From positions 1 through 64,000 of the forward strand of contig JBDTZG010000011.1 of assembly GCA_040005235.1 (NCBI GenBank): a stretch of 64,000 nt of DNA, given 5' to 3'. Below the pieces are notes generated by a model, which was given only the letters and a program-made list of their open reading frames with translations, searched no databases and was not told the origin of the DNA. A program made the position numbers and the translations under genes. Source of the stretch: Acidobacteriota bacterium. GTDB taxonomy: Bacteria > Acidobacteriota > Thermoanaerobaculia > Multivoradales > UBA5704. Position 1 is the first letter of the stretch. The number at the start of each line of letters is the position of its first letter. This document shows positions 9,992 through 19,272 of this stretch, in pieces.

Positions 9992-10675
9992 TTAGCCGTT
10001 GAATTCGGGTAGTTCGTAGAGGCAGCGCTCGAAATGGCCGGTGACGGTCCCCTCCCCCGCCTCGCCCTTGAAAGGCCCGGAGAACGAGCCGGAGATCTCG
10101 TCCGGACCGCCCGGCTGAGCGGACTTGACGACGGTGATCGTGGTTTTCGCCACGCCGCGCGATTGGCGGACGACCTCGCCCGAAAAGTTCGCGCGGACTC
10201 GGGCGTCGCCGTCGTACCCCCCCGCGCCGTGAAAATTCTCGATCCGCAGGACGAAGAAGGGCGCTCCCGGGATGTTCAAGGCGACCTGGAAGGTCTTGTT
10301 CGGGAACAGAGCGCAGTTCGACCGCGCGTCGCCTTCGTACTTCTGATCGCCGGTGAGGGCGAGGTGAGCCGACTGGCTCGTTCCGCGGGCCTGCGCCTCC
10401 ACGGGGGGAAGAGCGGCCAAGCGGGGATCCGGAGTGACTTCCGAGGTGGTCGCAGTCTCCTGATTCGGCACCGAAGTTTCGGCGGAGCCCGTCGGCGCCG
10501 CCGCAGCCGGTTCCGTTGCTGCGGGTGCGCCGGTCGCAGGGGGTTCTTCTTGGCCGGTGCTCGATCCGCAGGACCAGAGCCCGAGGCAAAGAACTGCACC
10601 GATTACCCAGGGGAGGCTCGCGCCAATTCGTAATGTTCGCGGCGAGACTTCGCCCCGCGGTATCGCTGAATTCAT
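9992..10675 (-). CDS. putative lipoprotein, unknown function
   Basis: hydrophobic N-region ending LWSC, Pro/Ala/Thr linker, beta-rich C-terminal domain; start uncertain. Confidence 0.7.
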   Translation of the reverse strand: MNSAIPRGEVSPRTLRIGASLPWVIGAVLCLGLWSCGSSTGQEEPPATGAPAATEPAAAAPTGSAETSVPNQETATTSEVTPDPRLAALPPVEAQARGTSQSAHLALTGDQKYEGDARSNCALFPNKTFQVALNIPGAPFFVLRIENFHGAGGYDGDARVRANFSGEVVRQSRGVAKTTITVVKSAQPGGPDEISGSFSGPFKGEAGEGTVTGHFERCLYELPEFNG

Positions 10676-11091
10676 CGTTCGCTCCTCTTTTCACCCTCCG
10701 AACGGCGTTTCCGTCCCGGGCGGGAAGGGTGGATTCTACTTGAGGGCGATCCAGGCCGGACGCCAGATCGATCAACTTTCCGGCGGTTCGGAGTCCGGCG
10801 CCGGTCCCACCCGCCGCTCGAACCGCACAGCCAGCCGCATGATCTCGCGCCGCTGCTCCGCCGCCCATTCGCGGCGCCCCCTCGACGGAGCCCACCTGCC
10901 GCGGCTCGTTCTCCACCTCTTCCGCGCAATCTTGGAGGTGCCGCAGCTCGGCCCCCATGGCTCGGAGCTTCGCCCGGATCACCGATTCGCCGAGCACCTT
11001 CGGTTCGAGAGGCTGCGCACCCGCTCCAAGGTAAAAAAGACCTTCACCGGCAACTAAGTTCTAAGAAACTCCTGATCGGAATCGGACGGCA

Positions 11092-11322
11092 ATGGCCAAT
11101 CCTCGGATCCCCGCGACGAACGCCGCGCTCAAGAACCTGCGTCAGGCGAAAGGCTTGACCCAGGCCGAGCTGGCTGCCGAGACCGGCTTGGCGGAGGGCA
11201 CGATTTCGGATTACGAATGCGGCGATCCGGCTCTCCCCAAGCCGCGCCTCGACGAGATGATGGGATCGATCGACATCGCGCCGGAGCTGACCTCGTGCAC
11301 AGTATCCGGGAAGCGGCGCTAA
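11092..11322 (+). CDS. XRE-family helix-turn-helix protein (short, possibly truncated)
   Basis: LKNLRQAKGLTQAELAAETGLAEGTISDYECG. Confidence 0.75.
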   Translation: MANPRIPATNAALKNLRQAKGLTQAELAAETGLAEGTISDYECGDPALPKPRLDEMMGSIDIAPELTSCTVSGKRR

Positions 11323-11456
11323 GCTCTCGGGTTTCCAAGCGTCGGTCCTTGGGCTACGCCCCTTGCTTCCTGTTCTGTGCACGCCGATTTCGAGAGCTCC
11401 TCCCCGCGCCATCGCCACGGGGCCGGAGGTCGCTAGAAGAGGGCGCACAGCGCTCT

Positions 11457-11750
11457 GCATAGGTGCGCAGCGTCCGGGCACAGGTGCATTCTTCCAGTGC
11501 ACCTGTGCACTGCGGCTGCGCACATGTGCGCTGGCGGATTGCACAAGTGCAAAATGCAGGAGCACCTCTGCAAAGTCGGAATGCACATGTGCGCCGAGGG
11601 ATTGCCCAGGTCCAAAGTTCCAGCGCACTTGTGCATTGCGGCGTTGCACAAGTGCAAAACTTGGGGGCACTCCTGCAATCCCCTGGTGCACAAATGCAAA
11701 ACGGCGGTGCACCTCTGCAAAACATGGTTGCCCCTGTGCAAAGTGCTTCC
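11457..11750. repeat. array of 14 units at exact 21-bp period; palindromic core TGCAC-NN-GTGCA with variable spacers
   Basis: GCAC/GCCC/GCAT unit starts at 11457, 11478, 11499 ... 11730, every 21 nt. Confidence 0.9.
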
Positions 11751-11799
11751 GCCGGGAGCCGGAAGGCGCGGATCCTTAGTGAGCGGTACACTCCGGCCC

Positions 11800-12891
11800 A
11801 TGCGATTTCACGACGACTGCTTGGTGATCGACGGCCACACTGACGTACCGACTCGGCTTTGGGAGGAGCCGGTCGACCTGCGCAAGCGGCAGCGCGATCG
11901 GCAGGTCGATCTGCCCCGGTTGAAGGAAGGAGGCGTCGACGCCCTCGTCTGGGCACTTTTCCTCCCGGCGAGCCTCGACCCGGAAGCCGGGCGCGAGCAT
12001 GCGCGGCGCCTATACGAAGCGTCGCTTGAGCACCTCGTGCCGGGCGAGCTCGAAGGGGCGCGCAGCGCCGAGGACGTCCGAAGGAACGCCGCGCGCGGGA
12101 TCGTCTCGGTCGTGTTCGGGCTCGAAAACGGCCGGCCGTTGCCGCTTCCCGGCATGATCGACGAGTGCGCGCGCTGGGGCGTCCGTTACGTGACGCTCAC
12201 CCATTTCGGCAGCCACGAATGGTGCGACGCCTCGACCGACGAGTCGCGCCACGGCGGGCTTTCGGCGGAAGGGCGCGATCTGATCCGCCGGCTCAACCGG
12301 GCGGGCATTTTGCCGGACGTCTCGCACGTGTCGGATGCGGCGGCCGAGCAGGTGCTCGACGTTTCGAAGGTCCCGCCGATCGCCAGCCACAGCTCGGCGC
12401 GGGCGCTCTGCGGCCACCCGCGCAACCTTTCCGACCCTCTGATCCGTGAGATCGCACGGCGCGGCGGGGTCGTGATGGCGAACAGCTTCCCCCCGTTCGT
12501 CGACGACGAAGCCGCCGAGGCGCTTACCGAACGCGAGGCGAGCCTGGCCGAGGAGCGCCGCGAGCTGTCCGCCCGGTATTGGGACGAGCCCGGACCGGTC
12601 GCCCGCGAGTGGGCCAGGATTTACGCCGATCGCCCGCTCCCCGAGGTGACGCTCGACCGGTTCGTCGACCATCTGGTTCACCTGATCGAGTTGGGCGGCG
12701 AAGAGCACGTCGGGATCGGCAGCGATTTCGACGGAATCCACGAGACGCTTCGGGGCTTCGAAGACCCGTCCAAATTTCCCGATCTCACGGACGCCCTGCT
12801 GGCCCGCGGAGTGGACAAGGGCGGAGTGCGGCTGATTCTGGGCGAGAACTTCCTCCGCGCGCTCGCCGCGGCGGAAGAGGCGGCGGACTGA
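11800..12891 (+). CDS. membrane dipeptidase (peptidase M19)
   Basis: VIDGHTD, GLENG, YVTLTH, DVSHVS, ASHSSARA, HPRNLSD, GIGSDFDG, GENFLR; ATG 11800. Confidence 0.9.
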   Translation: MRFHDDCLVIDGHTDVPTRLWEEPVDLRKRQRDRQVDLPRLKEGGVDALVWALFLPASLDPEAGREHARRLYEASLEHLVPGELEGARSAEDVRRNAARGIVSVVFGLENGRPLPLPGMIDECARWGVRYVTLTHFGSHEWCDASTDESRHGGLSAEGRDLIRRLNRAGILPDVSHVSDAAAEQVLDVSKVPPIASHSSARALCGHPRNLSDPLIREIARRGGVVMANSFPPFVDDEAAEALTEREASLAEERRELSARYWDEPGPVAREWARIYADRPLPEVTLDRFVDHLVHLIELGGEEHVGIGSDFDGIHETLRGFEDPSKFPDLTDALLARGVDKGGVRLILGENFLRALAAAEEAAD

Positions 12892-12963
12892 CGGCCAAAT
12901 CGCACCCCACAGGGGGGCGGACCTCCAGCGGACCTCCACGCGTCCGCCTCCTCAAGAGACCGA

Positions 12964-13734
12964 TCAGCCTCCGTACACGCCCTTCGCGGCCTCTTCGAGC
13001 GCCCTCATCGCCAGCCGGTACGGCCCCGGGCCGTGGCTGACTCGGCCGACGCCCAGCTCCGCCAGGCGCCGTGCCTCCGGTACGCCGGAGAAGTACATGA
13101 CGTTCACCGGTAGGGGAGTCCCCTCGCACACCTGCCGGATCCGCGATTCGTCGACCATCCCGGGAACGAAAAACCCCGAGGCTCCGGCTGCCGCATAGGC
13201 CGCCGCCCGTTCGAGCGCCTCCTCGACCAGCGCGTCGTCATGACGGCCGGGCTCGGTTTCGAGGAACAGATCGGTCCGTGCGTTGATGTAGGCCGGAACG
13301 CCCGCCCGTTTCGCCGCTTCGCGCAGTGCGCGAATCCGCGCGGATTGATCCTCGATCGAGTAGAGACCTACCCCCGCCACCACCCGGTCCTCGAAGTTAC
13401 AGCCGACCGCTCCGGCGTCGAGCGCCTGGGCAAAGGTCGCGGCAACCGATTCGGGCGTCGACCCGTACCCCCCTTCAAAATCGAGGGTCACGGGCAGGTC
13501 GACCGCCGCGACGATGCGCCGGAGGTTTTCGAGCGCCAGATCGAACGGCATTTCCTCCCCGTCGTCGTACCCGAACGCCGCGGCGACGGACCAACTGCCG
13601 GTGGCGAGCGCCTTTGCGCCCGATCGGGCGACGACCCGCGCGCTGCCCGGGTCCCAAATGTTGAACAAAACGACGGGCGAACCCGGGACGTGGAGTCGGG
13701 CGAAGGTCTCGGCTTTTTCGATCTGGCTGGGCAT
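12964..13734 (-). CDS. isocitrate lyase/PEP mutase family protein
   Basis: NIWDPGSA, ATGSWSVA, DFEGGYG, GCNFED, INARTD, PVNVM; AAGGAGG RBS. Confidence 0.88.
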   Translation of the reverse strand: MPSQIEKAETFARLHVPGSPVVLFNIWDPGSARVVARSGAKALATGSWSVAAAFGYDDGEEMPFDLALENLRRIVAAVDLPVTLDFEGGYGSTPESVAATFAQALDAGAVGCNFEDRVVAGVGLYSIEDQSARIRALREAAKRAGVPAYINARTDLFLETEPGRHDDALVEEALERAAAYAAAGASGFFVPGMVDESRIRQVCEGTPLPVNVMYFSGVPEARRLAELGVGRVSHGPGPYRLAMRALEEAAKGVYGG

Positions 13735-13823
13735 GGGGACGGTCCCTCCTTCGGGTCGATTTCTGCTCGATGATATCTTTCGCCTTCGTTTCGCTCCCTC
13801 TTTCTTCCCGAGGATCTACGCCT

Positions 13824-15848
13824 GTGTCCGACATCGATTCCAAAACTCCCGGCCGCGACTTCATCCGCGACCTGATCGACCGCGACCGCGCCGAGGGCAA
13901 ATACGGCGGCCGGGTGGTCACCCGGTTCCCTCCCGAGCCGAACGGCTATCTGCATATCGGCCACGCCAAATCGATCTTCCTGAATTTCGGCTTGGCGGAG
14001 GAGTACGGTGGCACCTGCCACCTGCGCTTCGACGACACCAACCCCGAGACCGAGGATCAGGAGTACGTCGGCTCGATCCAGCACGACCTGCGCTGGCTCG
14101 GGTTCGATTGGGGCAAGAATTTGTTCCACGCCTCGGACTACTTCGAGCCGCTCTACGATTTCGCGGTCGAGCTGATCAAACTCGGCAAGGCCTACGTGTG
14201 CAGCCTCTCGGAGGACGAGATCCGCGAGTATCGCGGGACGGTCAAGGAGCCTGGCCGCAACAGCCCCTACCGCGAGCGGTCGGTGGACGAGAACCTCGGC
14301 CTGTTCGCCCGCATGCGGACCGGAGAGTTCGAAGACGGTGCCCACGTCCTGCGCGGCAAGATCGACATGTCCGCCGCGAACATGAAGATGCGCGATCCCC
14401 TGCTTTATCGGATCAAGCACACCGCGCACTACCGGCGGGGCGACGCCTGGCACGTCTACCCGATGTACGATTTCGCCCACCCGCTTTCGGACGCGATCGA
14501 AAAGATCACCCACTCGCTCTGCACGTTGGAGTTCGAAAACAACCGCGACATCTACGATTGGCTGGTCGACACTCTGCCGTTTCCGGAGCCGCCGCGGCAG
14601 ACCGAGTTCGCCCGGCTCAACCTCACCTACACGATCATGAGCAAGCGGAAGCTTCTGGAGCTGGTCGAAAAGAAGCTCGTATCGGGCTGGGACGATCCGC
14701 GCATGCCAACCCTTGCGGGCCTTCGTCGCCGCGGCTTCACCCCCGTCGCGCTGCGCGATTTCTGCGATCGGATAGGAGTCGCCAAGGCGAACAGCACGGT
14801 CGACGTGACGCTTCTTGAACATTGCCAGCGCGAGGCGCTGAACCTGGAAGTTCCGCGCGTGATGTGCGTGCTCCGCCCGCTCAAGCTGGTGATCGAAAAT
14901 TATCCAGAGGGCGGGCCGGAACATCAGGTCGAACAGCTGGACGCGCCTCTCTATCCGCACGACGTGCCGAAGGTGGGAAGCCGAGAATTGCCATTCTCCC
15001 GCACGCTGTATATCGAGCGGGACGATTTCGCGGAAGTTCCTCCGAAAGGTTTTCACCGCCTTTCGCCGGGGCGCGAAGTGCGCCTGCGCTACGCCTATTT
15101 CGTCCGCTGCGAAAGCGTCATCAAAGACCCCGCGACCGGAGAGATCACGGAAGTCCGCTGCACTTACGATCCCGCGACCCGCGGCGGCTCTTCGCCCGAT
15201 GGCAGGAAGGTGCCCGGTACCCTCCACTGGGTCTCGGCCGAGCACTCGCTGCCCGTCGAAGTGCGGCTCTACGATCGTTTGTTCAAGGTCGAGCGCCCCG
15301 ATCTCGAAGAGGGGGGCTTTGAAACCACGATGAACCCTAACTCGCTCGAAGTGCTCGCCGATGCCCGACTCGAACCGGCCGCGGCGAAGCTGAACCTGGG
15401 TGAGCGTTTCCAGTTCGAGCGCCAGGGGTATTTCTACCGCGACCCGATCGATTCGACGACCGCCCGGCCGGTGTACAACCGCACCGTCCAGCTGCGCGAC
15501 TCCTGGGCGGCGGAGGTCCAGAAACAGGCGCCGCAGGCTCCGGCGCCTCCCACCCCGCCCGCCGCCGCCAAAGCGCCCAAGGTGGTGGAAGAAAAGACGC
15601 CCGAACCGCTGACCGCCGAAGAGCAGGAGCTTCTCGATCGCCTGCGCCCCGAGCTAGCGCCGATCCTAGAGAACGTCCTAGCCGCGCACCCGGCCGAAGT
15701 CGAAAAGTACCGCTCAGGGAAAACCGGCCTGCTCGGTTTCCTCGTCGCCCAAGCGATGAAGCAGGTGGCGGCCACCGGGGCCGGCGGCGGCCAGGCGAGC
15801 CCGAAGTTGATCAACCTGCTGCTGGTGGCGGAGATCGGCACGACGTAG
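13824..15848 (+). CDS. glnS: glutaminyl-tRNA synthetase with C-terminal GatB/YqeY-like extension
   Basis: TRFPPEPNGYLHIGHAK, MSKRK, FQFERQGYF; tail YRSGKTGLLGFLVAQAMK. Confidence 0.93.
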   Translation: MSDIDSKTPGRDFIRDLIDRDRAEGKYGGRVVTRFPPEPNGYLHIGHAKSIFLNFGLAEEYGGTCHLRFDDTNPETEDQEYVGSIQHDLRWLGFDWGKNLFHASDYFEPLYDFAVELIKLGKAYVCSLSEDEIREYRGTVKEPGRNSPYRERSVDENLGLFARMRTGEFEDGAHVLRGKIDMSAANMKMRDPLLYRIKHTAHYRRGDAWHVYPMYDFAHPLSDAIEKITHSLCTLEFENNRDIYDWLVDTLPFPEPPRQTEFARLNLTYTIMSKRKLLELVEKKLVSGWDDPRMPTLAGLRRRGFTPVALRDFCDRIGVAKANSTVDVTLLEHCQREALNLEVPRVMCVLRPLKLVIENYPEGGPEHQVEQLDAPLYPHDVPKVGSRELPFSRTLYIERDDFAEVPPKGFHRLSPGREVRLRYAYFVRCESVIKDPATGEITEVRCTYDPATRGGSSPDGRKVPGTLHWVSAEHSLPVEVRLYDRLFKVERPDLEEGGFETTMNPNSLEVLADARLEPAAAKLNLGERFQFERQGYFYRDPIDSTTARPVYNRTVQLRDSWAAEVQKQAPQAPAPPTPPAAAKAPKVVEEKTPEPLTAEEQELLDRLRPELAPILENVLAAHPAEVEKYRSGKTGLLGFLVAQAMKQVAATGAGGGQASPKLINLLLVAEIGTT

Positions 15849-15873
15849 GTGGCAGGCTTTCACCGCGGTGCGC

Positions 15874-15921
15874 TTGACGCGCCTCGCTGGCTGTGTATAC
15901 TCAGCATATGGATATGCACAG
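15874..15921 (+). promoter_or_regulatory. sigma70 promoter and YtrA-type operator
   Basis: TTGACG (15874) -16 nt- TATACT (15896); inverted repeat CTGTGTATA...TATGCACAG covering the -10 box and start codon. Confidence 0.7.
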
Positions 15922-16327
15922 TGCGGGCTTCGTGATCTCGCAAGCCGACGGCCGGCCGATGTACCTGCAGATCATCGAGCAGATCAAACAGCGGATCGCG
16001 GTCGGCGATTGGGGGAAGGGCGAGGAGATCCCCTCGATCCGCCAGCTCGCGGTCGCCCTGGAAGTCAGCGTCATCACGGTCAAGCGCGCCTATCTGGAGC
16101 TGGAACGGGAGGGCGTGATCGTCACCCGCCACGGCAAGGGCTCGACGGTCGCCGCCGATGTCGATCTGGGGCCCCGCCTCTACGAGCGCGAGCTGGCGCA
16201 GCACCTCGACCAGGCCGCCCGGATCGGCGGCCTGCTGGGCCTTTCGCCTGACGATCTTGAAGACCGCCTGCGCAACGCGATTGCGTCCTACGAATCATCG
16301 AATCGCTCGACCGAGGAGAACCTATGA
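15908..16327 (+). CDS. GntR-family regulator, YtrA subfamily
   Basis: PMYLQIIEQIK, PSIRQLA, TVKRAYLELEREG; short C-terminal domain; precedes ABC genes. Confidence 0.9.
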   Translation: MDMHSAGFVISQADGRPMYLQIIEQIKQRIAVGDWGKGEEIPSIRQLAVALEVSVITVKRAYLELEREGVIVTRHGKGSTVAADVDLGPRLYERELAQHLDQAARIGGLLGLSPDDLEDRLRNAIASYESSNRSTEENL

Positions 16328-17220
16328 GCGACCTTGCCGTCCATTTCGCGGGCGTAGGGAAGACCTACCCCCATTTCACCCTCGACGACATCGATTTAGA
16401 GCTGTCCGCCGGGAGCATCCTGGGTTTCATCGGCGCGAACGGCGCGGGAAAATCCACCACGCTCCGCATCCTGATGGGGCTCGTGCATCAAGACCGCGGC
16501 ACCGTCCAAGTGCTCGGCCATTCGATGCCGGGGAGCCAAGTGGCCGCCAAGCGCGACATCGGCTACGTCTCGGAAGATCTACGCCTCTACAAAGCTGCCA
16601 CGCTGTCCTGGCATATGGAGTTCATCCGCTCGATCTTCGCCGGCTGGGATTCCGCCTACGCGTTGGAGCTCGCCCGGCGGTTCGACCTCAAGCCGGAGCA
16701 GAAGATCAAAGGTCTCTCGCATGGCCAGCGGGTCAAGGCTGCGCTGCTGCTCGCGCTCGCCCGGCGGCCCCGGCTGCTGGTGCTCGACGAGCCGACGACC
16801 GGGCTCGATCCGGTCGCCCGCCACGAGGTGCTCGGCGCGCTCACCGAGATCCTCGCGGACGAGCGCCGCACGGTCCTTTTTTCGTCGCACAACACGCTCG
16901 ACGTGGAGCAGATCTCCGACCAGATCACCTTCATCGACCGCGGCCGGATCATCGAATCGGACGACAAGGAGAGTTTCCTCGATCGTTGGCGCCGCGTCCG
17001 GCTCGAAGTGCCGTCGAACGCCACGCTCCCGAGCGTCCCGGGGACCGTCGAGGCGACCCGCAGCGGCCGGCTCGCGATCGTGACCACCAACCGCTTCGAG
17101 CCTCGGGTGACGGAGGCCTATCAGGCCGCGGGCGCCACGGTGTTCGCGGTCGAACCGATGACTCTCGAAGAGATTTTCGTCGCCGACGTCCGCAGCCGGC
17201 GGGAAGGGAAGGCCGCATGA
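16324..17220 (+). CDS. ABC transporter ATP-binding protein
   Basis: GANGAGKST, LSHGQ, LVLDEPT, SSH. Confidence 0.93.
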   Translation: MSDLAVHFAGVGKTYPHFTLDDIDLELSAGSILGFIGANGAGKSTTLRILMGLVHQDRGTVQVLGHSMPGSQVAAKRDIGYVSEDLRLYKAATLSWHMEFIRSIFAGWDSAYALELARRFDLKPEQKIKGLSHGQRVKAALLLALARRPRLLVLDEPTTGLDPVARHEVLGALTEILADERRTVLFSSHNTLDVEQISDQITFIDRGRIIESDDKESFLDRWRRVRLEVPSNATLPSVPGTVEATRSGRLAIVTTNRFEPRVTEAYQAAGATVFAVEPMTLEEIFVADVRSRREGKAA

Positions 17221-17906
17221 ACGCTCTCGCGATGGATTTTCAAATGGTCCGCCGGCTCGTCCTCAAGGATTGGTATTTCCAGCGGAAGCCGATCTTCGGT
17301 TATCTCGCAGCCGGCGTCCTCGCGCTCGCGCTGATCGCAGACCCGAACGAGGGAGCGTTCTTCGCCGGCAGCATTCTGATGATCACGGTCCTGCTCGCCG
17401 TGGGCATCCACCTCGCGATGGCCTCGGTGGTCGAGGAGCGGAAGGACCAGACGCTCGCCTTCGTGATGAGCCTGCCGATCTCGGTCAAGGAGTACACGAC
17501 GGCGAAGATCCTCTCCAACCTGCTGATCTTCCTGGTTCCGTGGCTCACCCTGCTGATCGGCAGCTTCGTGGTCATCGCGGTCAAACCGGGGCTTCCGGAC
17601 GGCCTGATTCCGTTCACCGCGATCATCCTGCTGGAGCTTTTCGCCAGCTCCGTTCTGATCCTTTCGGTCGCTTTGGTCAGCGAGTCTCAAAACTGGACGA
17701 TCGGCGCGATCGTGTTCGGGAACCTGTTCTTTCAAGGCTTCCTCTACACCGTCTCGCACCTGCCGAGCATCGCCCAGACGATGAAGGGCTCGCGCATCGT
17801 CTGGAGCCCGGCGGCCCTCACCCTACTGGTCGGCGAGGTCGCCGCGATCGCCCTGATGGTCGGATCGACCTTCTGGCTGCAATCGCGAAAGACGGACTTT
17901 CTCTGA
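17217..17906 (+). CDS. ABC-2 type permease
   Basis: ATGA overlap; ~6 hydrophobic segments; EERKDQTLAFVMSLPIS. Confidence 0.85.
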   Translation: MNALAMDFQMVRRLVLKDWYFQRKPIFGYLAAGVLALALIADPNEGAFFAGSILMITVLLAVGIHLAMASVVEERKDQTLAFVMSLPISVKEYTTAKILSNLLIFLVPWLTLLIGSFVVIAVKPGLPDGLIPFTAIILLELFASSVLILSVALVSESQNWTIGAIVFGNLFFQGFLYTVSHLPSIAQTMKGSRIVWSPAALTLLVGEVAAIALMVGSTFWLQSRKTDFL

Positions 17907-17941
17907 TCCCGCCGATTCCTCCCGAATCCGGAACCTCCGCC

Positions 17942-18982
17942 ATGAACCGAACCGCCAGAATCTTCCGCCGGGCTCTTCTCGTCCTCGCCGGCCTCATTGC
18001 GCTGACGTTTATCGCGGCGTTCGTGATGATCTTCCTCGGCGACCCACAATTCGGCCCGCCGCCGCCGATGTCTCCCGACGCCATGGCCGCCTTCGCCGCG
18101 CGCTACGAACAGGTCTATCCGAGCGAAGCACGCCGATTTTCGATGCGAGACGGCGTTTGGCTCGCCGCCCACCGCTTCGCCGCGAATTCGGAGACCACGA
18201 TCGTCCTCGTTCACGGCATCCTCGGCAGCAGCCTGGAGATGAACCGGCCCGCGGGCCTCCTGCGCCAGGCGACCGGCGCGAGCGTCGTGACGCTCGATCT
18301 GCGCGGCCACGGTGCATCGGGAGGTGTGCCCGGCGACATTTCCTACATCGGCCAATACGAGGACGATCTCGCTGACGTGGTGGCGAAACTCCGCGCCGGA
18401 CAGCCTCACTGCCGGGTGATCCTCGCCGGGCATTCGATGGGCGGCGGGATCGTCCTGCGCTACGCCCTGAAAGCCGGCGCGCCGCCGGTCGACGGCTATC
18501 TGCTGCTCGCTCCGTTCCTGAGCGCCAAATCGCCGACCACGCCGCAGGAGGCTCGACCCGGTGACGACTCCTTCCTCCGGCTGAACGTCCCCCGTACCAT
18601 CGGCTTGGCACTATGGAACCAGGTCGGCGTGACCGGGTTCAACGGCCTGCGCACGCTGTACTTCAATCTGCCGCCGGAGCTGCCGCTCACCTCGTACAGC
18701 TATCGGGCGATGGTGGGCAACGCGCCGGAGGATCACGCCCCGGCGCTCGCCCGGATCGAAGCGAGCGGCCGGCCGCTGCTGGTGGTCGTAGGGACCCGCG
18801 ACGAAGCGTTCCGGGCAGATCGGTATGCGACCGCGCTCGGACCGGAGAAGAAGGCCCTCCGCCTCATCGACGGCGCGAGCCACGATGGAGTCCTCGTCGA
18901 TCCGCAGGCGTTGCGAACGATCGGCCGATGGCTCGGCCGGCCCGCGCCTTCCGTAGCACCGGTCGCGCAACCCGCCACCTGA
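17942..18982 (+). CDS. membrane-anchored alpha/beta hydrolase
   Basis: N-terminal TM, LVHG, DLRGHGAS, GHSMGG, C-terminal Asp and His. Confidence 0.85.
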   Translation: MNRTARIFRRALLVLAGLIALTFIAAFVMIFLGDPQFGPPPPMSPDAMAAFAARYEQVYPSEARRFSMRDGVWLAAHRFAANSETTIVLVHGILGSSLEMNRPAGLLRQATGASVVTLDLRGHGASGGVPGDISYIGQYEDDLADVVAKLRAGQPHCRVILAGHSMGGGIVLRYALKAGAPPVDGYLLLAPFLSAKSPTTPQEARPGDDSFLRLNVPRTIGLALWNQVGVTGFNGLRTLYFNLPPELPLTSYSYRAMVGNAPEDHAPALARIEASGRPLLVVVGTRDEAFRADRYATALGPEKKALRLIDGASHDGVLVDPQALRTIGRWLGRPAPSVAPVAQPAT

Positions 18983-19073
18983 AAAACGAAATCGCCCGGA
19001 CCCGCCGCCGGCTCCGTGCTGCTGGGAGCCGAGGGCAGGGACCGGGCGACGAGGTCGACCCCCTAGGGAACCG

Positions 19074-19175
19074 TTACTTCTTCTTGGTGTCCTTCGGTTT
19101 GTCGGCCGCACCCTTGACGGCGGCCTTCTTCGGCTTCTTGGTCTCTTTTTTCTGCGCGTTGTTGCCTTTTGCCAT
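19074..19175 (-). CDS. 33-aa lysine-rich small protein
   Basis: hand translation MAKGNNAQKKETKKPKKAAVKGAADKPKDTKKK*, AGGAGG RBS; below the ORF track cutoff. Confidence 0.7.
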   Translation of the reverse strand: MAKGNNAQKKETKKPKKAAVKGAADKPKDTKKK

Positions 19176-19272
19176 GGTCCCCTCCTGGCGGTCGCCGTCA
19201 AGGTGTAGCTCGGTTGGGCACCGCACAGCGATTCTACACGGAGCCCCCTCGGTCGCCTCTATACTTCTTGGG

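Noticed and set aside
11457-11750. CRISPR array interpretation (also for 44993-45252)
   Set aside because: Units are only 21-22 bp in total with degenerate cores and 6-10-nt spacers; no cas genes in the window.
11497-11799. Cys/His-rich N-terminal extension of the dipeptidase
   Set aside because: It is just the array read in frame; family similarity starts at ATG 11800, which has its own -10 box.
15500-15848. GlnRS C-terminal YqeY-like appendage as a novelty
   Set aside because: GlnRS-YqeY fusions are already known (e.g. Deinococcus).
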